From: an uncultured Pseudomonadota bacterium
GTDB taxonomy: Bacteria; Oederibacteriota; Muellerivitia; Muellerivitales; Muellerivitaceae
DNA: 64,000 bases
Reading direction: 5' to 3'
Assembly: GCA_963843375.1 (NCBI GenBank)
Contig: CAWJKT010000011.1
Span: 141,954 to 205,953 of the forward strand
Numbering within the stretch: the stretch's first letter is position 1; every line of letters starts with the position of its first letter. The notes under the pieces were generated by a model, which saw only the letters and a program-made list of their open reading frames with translations, was not told the DNA's origin and searched no databases. The translations under genes were made by a program, and so were the position numbers. Shown one piece after another: positions 9,248 to 18,778 of this stretch.

Positions 9248-10060
9248 TTATCGAAATTCCACGCAGCGCATGGACAAATTGCCATATTCAAAGCCTTGAT
9301 GGGGAAAAGTGATCATGGCTTTGGGGCCTTCTGCTCCCGCTGCTGCCGCGACCAGTAAGGGTGTGTAATGATCATCGGTTGGGTGGGCTGTCCGGGCGGA
9401 CGGGGCTTCGTTCATATATCGGGTTAAGGTCTCAAAATCGGCATCTTCCAATTTTTCCTTAACCCATTCATCGAATTCTAGAGCCCAACCTTCCGGTTCT
9501 CCATAACGGTCCGCGTAATTAAGAATCCTCAAATTGTGGGTGATATTCCCGCTTCCCAAAATAAAAACTCCTTCCGATCTAAGCGGGGCCAAGGCTTTAC
9601 CTAATGCGAGATGTTGGTCCATTGGAACTCTTGTTCCAATGGAAACCTGAAGAACAGGAATATCGGCATTCGGAAACATATGGACCAGGGGCACCCAGGC
9701 GCCGTGGTCCAGTCCACGGCTGGGGCTTTCGATGGGCCTCAAGCCTGCTTTAGAAAGGAGGGAAAAAACTTCCCTTCCCAATTCGGGGGCGGACGGGGCA
9801 GGGTATTTCACCTGGTACAACGACTCCGGGAAGCCATAGAAATCGTAAATGAGCCCGGTTTCCTGAGTTGGGCCGATATGAACCGGGCGCTCCAGCCAGT
9901 GGGCGGAAACCATTAAAATAGCCTTGGGTTTTGGAAGGGACCTTCCCCAATTTCTCCAAGACTCGACGGTTAGGCCTGTTTTTTCCAAGCCGAGAGTGGG
10001 AGCGCCATGGCCCACGAAACCCACAGGCATAAAGCTGGATTGTTTAAGTACCGGGTTCAC
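9248..10060 (-). CDS. class III extradiol dioxygenase, LigB/YgiD (4,5-DOPA dioxygenase-like) family
   Basis: 270 aa. GHGAP, SAHW, GLDHGAWVPL, GSGNITHNL and AHPTDDHYTPL match the YgiD-type pattern. Confidence 0.8.
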   Translation of the reverse strand: MNPVLKQSSFMPVGFVGHGAPTLGLEKTGLTVESWRNWGRSLPKPKAILMVSAHWLERPVHIGPTQETGLIYDFYGFPESLYQVKYPAPSAPELGREVFSLLSKAGLRPIESPSRGLDHGAWVPLVHMFPNADIPVLQVSIGTRVPMDQHLALGKALAPLRSEGVFILGSGNITHNLRILNYADRYGEPEGWALEFDEWVKEKLEDADFETLTRYMNEAPSARTAHPTDDHYTPLLVAAAAGAEGPKAMITFPHQGFEYGNLSMRCVEFR

Positions 10061-10335
10061 CCCTACCTTCTTTCACATTCAAGATAAGTGTTTTTAGTCA
10101 AAAGTTAAGTGTGAAATGGAGATAGGGAATATAAATAAAGTTACCATAAGGTAAGGGTGGTCAAAAAAGGCTATTAGTTTCCGCCAATAGAGGGTGAGTT
10201 TTTGAAATTCCTGCGTCAAGCCCATAAGAAAGGGGTTGGGGGTTCGGTTCCTTTTGCGCTTTTGGTTCAACTGGGCAGGAAGAAATCCATTCCGTGGAAA
10301 ATAGTTTGGATTGAGCGATTATGGTTGGGGAGCGT

Positions 10336-10623
10336 TTACAGGAACTTGATGATCCTCAGTTTTCGGCTCTTGCGGGAAGGATTGAAAACTCGCAGTAACA
10401 GTAGCAGAATCACAGCGCCGATGAGAGACATGGCCAAGGCGCTAAAAAATCCTCCAATTCGGATATCCAACTCATCGGCTAGGAAACCCCCGATAACGGC
10501 CCCCAGGATACCTACCACCACGTCACCAATGGCACTCATGCCGCGACCCCGGACCAAAAGGCTGGCCAGCCAACCTGTTAAAAGCCCAACTATCAGATAC
10601 CAGGTAATTTCGTGTCCAAACAT
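10336..10623 (-). CDS. GlsB/YeaQ/YmgE-family (transglycosylase-associated) small membrane protein
   Basis: ITWYLIVGLLTGWLASLLVRGRGMSAIGDVVVGILGAVIGGFL is the family signature. ATG 10623 has SD GGGGAGAA. Confidence 0.8.
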   Translation of the reverse strand: MFGHEITWYLIVGLLTGWLASLLVRGRGMSAIGDVVVGILGAVIGGFLADELDIRIGGFFSALAMSLIGAVILLLLLRVFNPSRKSRKLRIIKFL

Positions 10624-10905
10624 ATTGTTCTCCCCGGACTTGCCCGAAACCGGCAAAGCCCACCTCTATTTAATTCCCTTTGGAAAGGAAAAATAAAGCG
10701 GGTGGGACGAAAAACCACTTTCGACGTTTTCCCAGGGGAGTCCCATTGGGAAATTGGCGGTGAAGCTTTTTTTGACGGGTTAAAAAACGATTTTAGACAC
10801 CTCGAAAAGGGAAACTGAAGCAATCATTCAAGTGGTTACTTGCTTTGAAAAAGGAAGGGTCCTAGATTTTATTAAGTCTAATCATCAGTCCATAAGGAGG
10901 CGGCC

Positions 10906-11343
10906 ATGAAAAATTTTATTGTTCTGGCTTTTTGTTGTTTTGCCTTAATGGGTTGCAGCCCGGTCATTGCGGAAGAGGCAGTCCAAACCGTAACCCAGGA
11001 CACCCAAAAAACTCTGGACGATACTGGAAAATACATCAACGAAAGAAAAGAAGATTATGAAATTAGAATTCGGAAGGATTTGAACCGCTTGAAGGCAAAA
11101 ATCAACCTTCAGGAACAAAAACTCTCCTCGGACGCGGCTCGTATGGGAAAGGACGTCGATAAAGACCTTCAGAAGCAGATCCACGGCTTGCACCGGCAGG
11201 AAAAAGCCTTGGACGCTCAATTACCAAAAGTTGAGAAAAGCGGTGAAAAAGATTTGGACCAACTTAAATCCGATATTGACAAGGGAATGAAAAATTTGAA
11301 AAAGGGCTATGACGACCTGTTGGAAAGCATGAAAGCCAAATAA
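10906..11343 (+). CDS. hypothetical lipoprotein, Lys/Asp-rich coiled coil
   Basis: SD AAGGAGG. MKNFIVLAFCCFALMGC has a lipobox. The remainder is highly charged helical repeats. Confidence 0.65.
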   Translation: MKNFIVLAFCCFALMGCSPVIAEEAVQTVTQDTQKTLDDTGKYINERKEDYEIRIRKDLNRLKAKINLQEQKLSSDAARMGKDVDKDLQKQIHGLHRQEKALDAQLPKVEKSGEKDLDQLKSDIDKGMKNLKKGYDDLLESMKAK

Positions 11344-11359
11344 TCCCCGGGGCTCGAGG

Positions 11360-12094
11360 TTATTTATCCGGAGGGGTTTCCGATACTCCTCCGGGTTTCC
11401 ATTCCTCGGCGCGTTTTTTGGCTTCGTCGGTTTCCTTACCGGTCATGCGCTTTTCGAGCCACTCGATATCGTTTCTTAGTTCGGATACCTGGCTGCTTTC
11501 AAGGGTATGGTACTTAAGGGCGAGAGAAAACCATTTGTGAGACTCGACGTAATCCTTGGGACCGCCTTCCCCCAGGGAAAGCATTTGGCCCAAGTTCACC
11601 TGGGAATCAGCGTCATTTTGCTCGGCTGCCTTTTTGAACCATTCCAAGGATTGAACGTAATCCTTGTGTACGCCGACGCCCCTTCCATACATTAATCCCA
11701 AATTACCTTCCGAAGAGGCAAGGCCTTGAGCTGCGGCTTTCTTGAACCATTTCAAAGCTTCGGAGTCGTCCTCCTTCACTCCCATGCCCTGGGTGTACAT
11801 GAATCCCAGGTTGTTCTCCGTATCCGCGTCGCCTTTTTGGGCGCCCTTTCGCAGCCACTTTAGCGCCTCGGCTTGGTTTTTTTCACACCCTAAACCCTTC
11901 ACATACATAAGTCCAAGGACACCCATGGCTTTGGCGTTGCCTCGCTCCGCCTCCCTCAGATTGTAGTGAAAAAAATCTTTGGCATTTAGAGACGAAGTGT
12001 TGAGGGAGTCCCCTCCTGAAAGTTCCTGGGCAGTTAAAATGGAAGGGGGCAAAAGAAGCGTAAATGAAAGAAGAAAGGGACAAAAGGACTTCAT
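11360..12094 (-). CDS. Sel1-repeat (TPR-like) protein, exported
   Basis: Signal peptide, then about 5 Sel1 repeats (A..LG.MY..G.GV..D...A..WF.KAA.QG). Confidence 0.85.
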   Translation of the reverse strand: MKSFCPFLLSFTLLLPPSILTAQELSGGDSLNTSSLNAKDFFHYNLREAERGNAKAMGVLGLMYVKGLGCEKNQAEALKWLRKGAQKGDADTENNLGFMYTQGMGVKEDDSEALKWFKKAAAQGLASSEGNLGLMYGRGVGVHKDYVQSLEWFKKAAEQNDADSQVNLGQMLSLGEGGPKDYVESHKWFSLALKYHTLESSQVSELRNDIEWLEKRMTGKETDEAKKRAEEWKPGGVSETPPDK

Positions 12095-12184
12095 GGTTCA
12101 CGCTCGAATCATTTTTCAGGTTTTTCATCAACAAGGGTATAAAAAAAAAGTGGAAACCGCAATGGATCGGCTTATGCTAGGTCC

Positions 12185-12538
12185 ATGAAGAAATTGACGC
12201 TTTTGGGATACTTCATCGCTTGGTTAGGAGCGATGGGAACGGGTTCCGCCCAATATGCCCCTTTGACGAGAAATGCATTGCCGCCACGAGCGGGATATTC
12301 TGTTTATCCCAAGCCGGTAAAATCGGCTATTCCGAAATCCCGGATGTTGAGAAAAAAAGGCACGGCGACCGTTTCCGCTCCGAAGAAAGGCGGATTCATC
12401 CCTCTTTATCCTAACGCCAACTCGAAGCCGACACCCGTTCGGAATCTAACTATCCCCAACCCGCCACGGAGCGGACCCGCTTCGGTTGTGGCGCCAAGGA
12501 CCATGTCTTATCCCTCCCTTTACCAGGACCCGCATTAA
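12185..12538 (+). CDS. hypothetical exported Pro/Lys-rich protein
   Basis: 117-aa ORF with signal-like MKKLTLLGYFIAWLGAMGTGSAQ. Low complexity, weak SD. Confidence 0.45.
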   Translation: MKKLTLLGYFIAWLGAMGTGSAQYAPLTRNALPPRAGYSVYPKPVKSAIPKSRMLRKKGTATVSAPKKGGFIPLYPNANSKPTPVRNLTIPNPPRSGPASVVAPRTMSYPSLYQDPH

Positions 12539-12548
12539 CCCCGAGAGA

Positions 12549-13145
12549 TCAATGGTTTCCTTTGCCCCAGATATTATCCAGGTATTCGTCGCGGCCTGAA
12601 TTCATGTGGTACATTTCGTAATGCATTGGGTTTTTCTTGTAAAAGTCCTGGTGGTAATCTTCGGCGGCGTAGAAATTGGTGAACTGTTTAATAGGCACCA
12701 CAATGGGTTTGTCGTAACGGCCAGACTTATCCAACTCATCCCGTGATTTTTCTGCCAGTTTCTTCTGGGACAAATCGTGATAAAAAATCGCCGCGCGGTA
12801 ATGGGGTCCCCGGTCCACGAATTGCCCATTGGGATCGGTGGGATTGATCTGCTTCCAGAAAACGTTCACCAACTGGGCATAGGTGATTTTGGTAGGGTCA
12901 AAAGTAATTTGAACCCCTTCAGTGTATCCCTTATCCCCGTAGTCGTCATAGGTAGGATTTTCCCCTTGGCCATCGGCATAACCCGCCACTACTTTCAAAA
13001 CACCCTCCAGTTTTTCAAAAGGAGGTGTCATGCACCAAAAACAACCGCCCGCGAAGGTGGCGATTTCTGTTTTTGCCTGGGCAATCGCCGTCAGGCTGAT
13101 CAAGAGAAATAGAAAAAAGGCCGATTTTCTAAAAAATATTGTCAT
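12549..13145 (-). CDS. msrA: peptide-methionine (S)-S-oxide reductase MsrA with an N-terminal signal peptide
   Basis: FAGGCFWCMTPPFEKLEGVLKVVAGYADG and the rest is MsrA-typical. It is preceded by MTIFFRKSAFFLFLLISLTAIAQA. Confidence 0.88.
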   Translation of the reverse strand: MTIFFRKSAFFLFLLISLTAIAQAKTEIATFAGGCFWCMTPPFEKLEGVLKVVAGYADGQGENPTYDDYGDKGYTEGVQITFDPTKITYAQLVNVFWKQINPTDPNGQFVDRGPHYRAAIFYHDLSQKKLAEKSRDELDKSGRYDKPIVVPIKQFTNFYAAEDYHQDFYKKNPMHYEMYHMNSGRDEYLDNIWGKGNH

Positions 13146-13269
13146 GATGCTCCTTTGGTGGGGTCTAAAAGGATATACGCTGGGTTGTAGATTTGGTTAC
13201 ATCAGACAAAAATAAAAAGGCTGGAATTTTGAAATTCCAGCCTTTTTAGTAAAAGAGTATTTAAACCGC

Positions 13270-14517
13270 TCAGAAGAAAGTAAGCCCGACTCCCGCCTCA
13301 ACGCCGGTGTAATCCAGCGTGGCATAATGTTCACCGCCGTTGCCGATATTGCCAGTACTGTCGGCGCCAAGCACTCCATTTCCAAACATAACCAAACCGT
13401 AATTATCATAATTACCGTTGGCGTCGGTAAAGCTTCCGTTGATGTTGGTAATTTTACAATAACGGCCCCGGGCGAAAAGACGAAGTCCCAGACGGTTGCC
13501 GATCTCGAAATCTCGGCCGATTCCAAGTTGGAATCCCACGTTTCCCCCATACATATTACCGGCGATCTCGTCGGCACCGGTAGTTGGTTGGGAAATGGTG
13601 TAATCGTAGTTATCATCAACGTAAGCCACGGCAAAATAATATCCCACGCCGGCGGTGAGGAAGAACCGGCCGTCATGATCGGGAAGGAATAAATAGTAAT
13701 CCAAAGTGAGTGGCAGGACATAAGGCTGAATGTTGACGGTTTCGAAGTCTCCACCGTTATTCAGTCTCAAGTTGGATTGGTAAGAATTAGTTTGAACGCC
13801 CCTTACGCCGATCGCGATTCCGTTATAGGGGTTCAGGAGGAATCCCAGTTCAACTCCCCCTTCAATGCCCCCATGATCCGCAGTGGCAATCCCGGTATCG
13901 GGCGGGTTATTACTAACAAAGGAATTGAAACTCGTCACGCTGCTGAAAATATCGGCCTGGTTGGACCAGTTATAAGCTAAATCAACATTAATCCAGTACC
14001 GTGCGTGGTTGATGGGAGCCAAGCCGTCTTTATAATCGACCATGGGCTGGGTCCGCCTCCAGGGATGTCGCCTTTGGACCATAACCGTGGTGGGCTGGCT
14101 TTCATCCCATTGATCCCCATTGGAGGGAGGAGGCGCCACATTGGGATGGTCTTGGGACAAATTATTGAAATTGGACTGGTCCTGGGCTTGAGGAGTCCCC
14201 GAACTCTGTAAACTATTCACCTGTGTTTGTACTGTGGAATTATTCGGATTAATTTGGAGGCTTTTTTGGTAGGCGGCTAGGGCGTCCGGGTTATCGTTCA
14301 TTTTCATGTAAGCGTCGCCCATATCCTCATAGGACTGCCAATCATTGGGATTGGCTAGGACTGCCTGCTTGTAGTAATCCACGGCTTTGGCGTAGAGGCC
14401 TTTTTGGTAAACCGCATTTCCAAGGTCTTGGTAATCTTGGGCGGTTTGGGCAAGCAAAGCCACCGGCGACAGAAATAAAAGTAAAGCAATCAAACTGATA
14501 GCATTTTGATTTTTCAT
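13270..14517 (-). CDS. exported TPR + predicted outer-membrane beta-barrel fusion protein
   Basis: Signal peptide MKNQNAISLIALLLFLSPVALLAQ. About 3 TPR units (YQDLGNAVYQKGLYAKAVDYYKQAVLANPND...). A Q/N/P-rich linker. Then about 250 aa of alternating Gly/aromatic beta-strand pattern ending ...GVEAGVGLTFF (C-terminal Phe, OMP beta-signal-like). Confidence 0.6.
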   Translation of the reverse strand: MKNQNAISLIALLLFLSPVALLAQTAQDYQDLGNAVYQKGLYAKAVDYYKQAVLANPNDWQSYEDMGDAYMKMNDNPDALAAYQKSLQINPNNSTVQTQVNSLQSSGTPQAQDQSNFNNLSQDHPNVAPPPSNGDQWDESQPTTVMVQRRHPWRRTQPMVDYKDGLAPINHARYWINVDLAYNWSNQADIFSSVTSFNSFVSNNPPDTGIATADHGGIEGGVELGFLLNPYNGIAIGVRGVQTNSYQSNLRLNNGGDFETVNIQPYVLPLTLDYYLFLPDHDGRFFLTAGVGYYFAVAYVDDNYDYTISQPTTGADEIAGNMYGGNVGFQLGIGRDFEIGNRLGLRLFARGRYCKITNINGSFTDANGNYDNYGLVMFGNGVLGADSTGNIGNGGEHYATLDYTGVEAGVGLTFF

Positions 14518-14644
14518 TTTTCACCTCGTGTATTTTTGACGAGTCAGAGGTCTAAAACGTTACGGAAAAAATTTAAAATCCCAGGCAAATCTTATTAAAT
14601 CAACGAAATATAAAATATTCCAGAAATCCAGGGATTTTCAAGGC

Positions 14645-15022
14645 TTAAGAAACAGGATTGGGGGTGGGAGCAAAGGCCCTTTTTAGCGCGTCTTCCGAAT
14701 TTGTGAATGAGCGGATCACTTTATTGTATTCCAATAATTCAAAGGCTTCATGAACCTCGGGTTTCATCCCTGACAAAACAAAGTTCCCGCCTTGATCGCG
14801 GAAACGCTGAAAGGTAGTGATAAGAAAGGCCCATCCCCCGCTGCTAATGTAGTTTGTTTCCGCCAAGTCGAAAATTAAGTTTTTTTTAGTTGAGGCAAGA
14901 ACCGCTTGAATAGCTTGTTCGATTTGGACAAGCGTATTGGCATGGATAAATCCTGTCATTCGAAGCAGAACGACATCGGGGTTTAAGAGCGGATGGACAA
15001 CGTCAATGGTGATGTTTTCCAT
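14645..15022 (-). CDS. STAS-domain protein (anti-sigma-factor antagonist / SpoIIAA-like)
   Basis: 125 aa. LIFDLAETNYISSGGWAFLITTFQRFRDQGGNFVLSGMKPEVHEAFELL matches the STAS core with the conserved Ser. Confidence 0.8.
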   Translation of the reverse strand: MENITIDVVHPLLNPDVVLLRMTGFIHANTLVQIEQAIQAVLASTKKNLIFDLAETNYISSGGWAFLITTFQRFRDQGGNFVLSGMKPEVHEAFELLEYNKVIRSFTNSEDALKRAFAPTPNPVS

Positions 15023-15153
15023 AAATCCTCAGGAAAATGGAATGCTATTTCACCTCAAGAATTACATTAAAAGGCCAAGAGCGAAAGGGAAATGTCTTTT
15101 AATTTAGGGCGTCGGTTTAACCTGAATTTATCCCGGCATAAGAAAACGTTTTT

Positions 15154-16851
15154 CTACAACTTGGTGCCGTGTGAGGAGATCGAAGTGGGAACGGAAGGAG
15201 CCGGGAGCGTATTGTTTACCAGTGCTCTTTTTTTAAGTTGGCTTATCAGGTTTAACACTGTCCGATATTGATTAGGAAGATTTTCCTTTTTGTAGACCTC
15301 CGCCGCTTCGGAATAAGCTTGAAGGGCCCCGTCGAGGGCCTGTCCCCCGCCGGGGAATTTCGAGAGCAGAAGAAAATTATTTCCCAAATTAAATTGAGCC
15401 TCAGCGTAATCAAGCGGGGATTTATCGGCAGTCCATACTTTCAAGGATTCTTGACAACATCGGATGGCGGCCAGGGCATTTTGTTGCTTGTCATGGATGA
15501 GCGCCAAGTGGTTATAAACCAGAGCTAGGTCGTAGGCCAGCTTGGCGTAATCGTTGGGATATTTTTCAAGGCTGCACACATTGAGGGCATCGTTATAGCT
15601 CACGATGGCCAGGGAGAAATTTTCCTTGGGATTCTTGAGGGATGCGTAAAGTCCAAAAATATTCCCGAGGACTAATTTCATCGTGAGGTAATTATAAGGA
15701 TAGGTGTCCGGTTTGAAGATTTTCATGGCCTCCTTTTCCGCGTCCAAGGCTTGGTCCAAGAACCCCGGCTTCTTTGTGTATTCAAACTTATGGCATAAGA
15801 TTTTCGCAATGTCGTTTTGAACGGTGGCGTAATAATAAGGGTAGGTATCCTCCTTGAAAACTAGAAAGGAATTTCGAAAAGAGAGAAGGGATTCTGTAAG
15901 GAGCCCTTGGCTATTTTGGAGTTGATACCAATAGGAAAGGGTTTCGCCTTTATTCATTTGGGTAAGGGCGTAATCCTCGGGGTCACTGTCTATGGAAGCT
16001 ACTTTCACGGCCGATTCATAGGCCGCCAAGGAACTTTGGATGTTTTCCAAAGTTGGGGAAGTTTCGGTCAGGCGCAGGAAGGCTTTGCCGATGCTGTTAC
16101 AAAGTTTGACATATTCTTTTGGATGGTCTTCCGGGGTGAAATACTTGAGAGCCTCCTGATCAGCGTCCAGGGCCTTTTTTAAATTATCCAGCCGGTCTTT
16201 TTCCTCGGCCAGCTTCATGTAAACCGTACCGAGATTGAGCAGAATGGTAGCGGAAAGGCCTGCGTCCTTTTGATCCCGGGCCGCTTTTAGGGCCTGGTTG
16301 TACCAATCAATGCTCTCCTCGAGACGGGGTACCGTTTCCTTGATATCGGAAAGGATCGAGAGGGAATCACCCAAGGCGTTCAGCGCGCGGGAAAGTTTTT
16401 CGCGGTCGGCATGGATCAGGTCCTTTCCATAAATGGTTTTCAAAAGGTCCATTACGTCGTTGAGAGCGTCCACTGATTGTAGGGCGGCTTCCTTACCCCT
16501 GTTTTTTTGGGCTTGGCTTAAATAACAAAGGGCCAAACCGGTTTCGGCATCGGCATAATAAAGTGCGTCGTCTTTTTTCGAAAGTTTTGAAAGAGCGTCC
16601 TTGTAGTAACGGATGGCATCGGGCAGGGTCGATTCCTCCCGGGCAAGGCTCTCAGCTGTCTGTAAATCTAAACCGGCTTGGCGGATTTCGTCGGCCTTGG
16701 CCCGATTTTCTTCCATGACATAGGTGGACACCAGGGAGACGACTAAAACCAAAAGCCCGCCTAAAATGGTGGCCATCAATGATTTGGCGTCGATAAAATC
16801 CGACCAGGGTTTTTTGGCTTTGGTTGTAGATTTCTTTTTGAGAGTACGCAC
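15154..16851 (-). CDS. membrane-anchored TPR-repeat protein
   Basis: 565 aa. Basic N-terminus, one TM (LMATILGGLLVLVVSLVSTYV), then TPR-like A..Y..AL repeats throughout. Confidence 0.7.
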   Translation of the reverse strand: MRTLKKKSTTKAKKPWSDFIDAKSLMATILGGLLVLVVSLVSTYVMEENRAKADEIRQAGLDLQTAESLAREESTLPDAIRYYKDALSKLSKKDDALYYADAETGLALCYLSQAQKNRGKEAALQSVDALNDVMDLLKTIYGKDLIHADREKLSRALNALGDSLSILSDIKETVPRLEESIDWYNQALKAARDQKDAGLSATILLNLGTVYMKLAEEKDRLDNLKKALDADQEALKYFTPEDHPKEYVKLCNSIGKAFLRLTETSPTLENIQSSLAAYESAVKVASIDSDPEDYALTQMNKGETLSYWYQLQNSQGLLTESLLSFRNSFLVFKEDTYPYYYATVQNDIAKILCHKFEYTKKPGFLDQALDAEKEAMKIFKPDTYPYNYLTMKLVLGNIFGLYASLKNPKENFSLAIVSYNDALNVCSLEKYPNDYAKLAYDLALVYNHLALIHDKQQNALAAIRCCQESLKVWTADKSPLDYAEAQFNLGNNFLLLSKFPGGGQALDGALQAYSEAAEVYKKENLPNQYRTVLNLISQLKKRALVNNTLPAPSVPTSISSHGTKL

Positions 16852-17050
16852 GATTTTCCCAGTTTTTGAAATGGATCCCTTTTTTGAAAGTCAGTGGAAT
16901 AAGAATGGGGTTTGAGAAGGGGATTTTCAATGATTTTTTGGTCTGGTTCAGAACGGGGAAGATAAAGGGCGGGCGGCTTTCGGCTGGATTTACTTCTTTT
17001 TACCCTTTAGAGTACCGAACTGTCTTCAATATAAATAAACAGGAACCGCC

Positions 17051-17872
17051 ATGATTTCTGCCTCACCTTTAATTGTCTCTAACCTCTCCAAGCGGTACAA
17101 ATCCCGATATGGAGGGGATGAGGTGGAGGCCGTACGTGGCATTTCTTTTGAGGTGGCGTCGGGGGAGTGTTTCGGACTTCTGGGCCCCAACGGGGCCGGC
17201 AAATCCACAACCATCCAGTGCATTTCCGGTTTTTATCCCCTCACCGGGGGCGAGGTGCGGGTTGCGGGATATAATGTCCATTCGCAGCCCAAATTGGCCC
17301 GCAAGTCTTTAGGCGTCTGCAACCAGGATGAGACGTTGGATAGTGATTTCAATTCTTTCGATCAATTGGTATTGCACGCAAGCTATTTCCGGATTCCCCC
17401 CGCCGAGGGAAAAAAGCGCGCCCATGAACTTTTGGAAAGATTCGGACTAACGGACAAGGCCAAGGTGAACATCGAAGCCCTTTCGGGCGGAATGAAACGC
17501 CGCCTGCAGGTGGCCCGGGCCCTGGTTTCAAAACCCAAAGTTTTGGTGTTGGACGAGCCCACGACCGGACTGGATCCCGACGTAAGACGGATGCTTTGGG
17601 AGGCGTTAACCGAATCCCGTGCGCAGGGAACGGCCATCCTCCTTTGCACCCATTACATGGAAGAAGCCGAGCGGCTTTGCGACCGGATCGCCATCCTGTC
17701 CCAGGGTAAAATTTTAGACGTGGACTCACCCGAACAACTCATCGCCAAGCATATCGCCCGGGATGAGGTGGAGGAAGAAGTGAGGCCAGGGGTAGTCTGG
17801 ATACGGCGGCCCAACCTGGAGGACGTCTATCTCAAACTGACCGGAAGCCGTTTGGGGGTGGAGGGACTATGA
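17051..17872 (+). CDS. ABC transporter ATP-binding protein (ABC-2 / DrrA-NodI type)
   Basis: Walker A GPNGAGKST, signature LSGGMKRRL, Walker B VLVLDEPTTGLD, H-loop CTHYMEE. Confidence 0.92.
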   Translation: MISASPLIVSNLSKRYKSRYGGDEVEAVRGISFEVASGECFGLLGPNGAGKSTTIQCISGFYPLTGGEVRVAGYNVHSQPKLARKSLGVCNQDETLDSDFNSFDQLVLHASYFRIPPAEGKKRAHELLERFGLTDKAKVNIEALSGGMKRRLQVARALVSKPKVLVLDEPTTGLDPDVRRMLWEALTESRAQGTAILLCTHYMEEAERLCDRIAILSQGKILDVDSPEQLIAKHIARDEVEEEVRPGVVWIRRPNLEDVYLKLTGSRLGVEGL

Positions 17873-18642
17873 TTCCCGATTCACTTTGGGGCGTCTGGCG
17901 CGTTTGGAGGCGTTACTATGCCGCATTCATGAAGAGCCTGGTTTATTATTTGCTCACGACCTTCCTGGAGCCCATCTTCTACCTGCTTTCCTTCGGAATA
18001 GGGGTTGGTGCCCTAGTGGGAAACATTACCACGCAGGGCGTTCACCTGTCTTACCGTAGTTTCATCTTCTCAGGCATCATCGCCCAAACCGTTCTCTTCC
18101 AGGGTTTCTATGAGGGATCCTTCGGCGCCTTCGTGCGCATGTACTACCAGAAAATCTTCCAAGCCATCGCTATCACCCCCGTTACTCTCTCGGAAGTGCT
18201 TTGGGGAGAATTGTTGTGGGACGCCACCAAAGCCACAGTGGCGGCGGAAGTGGTGGCTCTGATCGGGGTCACCACGGGGAGTTTTCATCCCTGGTGTCTT
18301 TTGACGCTTCTCCCGATTAGTTTCGCGGGAGCCTTTCTTTTTTCGGCAATGGGGTTGGCATCAGCAGGCTTTTCCAGGACCATCGATGAACTCTCTTATC
18401 CGCAATATTTGCTCATCTTTCCCATGTTCCTTTTTTGCGGGGTTTTTTACCCCATCGAAAATCTTCCTCCAGTATTGCAAACGGTCGCGTGGTTTTTCCC
18501 CCTGACTTCCGTGAACGCCATTGTCCGATTTTTGACTTTGGGCTTACCACCGGCTCCCCAGGCGGTTCCGCTGTTGTTGATTTGGCTTTTTCTCATGGTT
18601 TGGATATCCCGCCGCGCCATGTTTAAAAGATTGGTGAAATAA
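17869..18642 (+). CDS. ABC-2-type transporter permease
   Basis: 257 aa, 6 predicted TM. Its start overlaps the ATPase stop (ATGA). ABC-2 layout. Confidence 0.85.
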   Translation: MIPDSLWGVWRVWRRYYAAFMKSLVYYLLTTFLEPIFYLLSFGIGVGALVGNITTQGVHLSYRSFIFSGIIAQTVLFQGFYEGSFGAFVRMYYQKIFQAIAITPVTLSEVLWGELLWDATKATVAAEVVALIGVTTGSFHPWCLLTLLPISFAGAFLFSAMGLASAGFSRTIDELSYPQYLLIFPMFLFCGVFYPIENLPPVLQTVAWFFPLTSVNAIVRFLTLGLPPAPQAVPLLLIWLFLMVWISRRAMFKRLVK

Positions 18643-18778
18643 GGTTTCCAGGAGATAGACACCGACCTTTTTTGGTGCTTCCGCTAACCCGATAAAACTA
18701 TGGTACTATTTGCCGCAGGATCTATCCTTTACCCCTAGTTAAACGATTTGGAATTTATGAAACGCAATTTCGGTATCA

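Noticed and set aside
9248-10060. LigB-fold dioxygenase as the missing Memo-like partner of the AmmeMemoRadiSam enzyme
   Set aside because: Its motifs match the YgiD / 4,5-DOPA-dioxygenase group rather than Memo. It is 22 kb away on an unrelated transcription unit.
10202-10696. 164-aa plus-strand ORF
   Set aside because: It overlaps the GlsB/YeaQ-family gene on the opposite strand. That gene has a clear family signature and SD. The plus ORF is low-complexity Pro/Arg/Ser.
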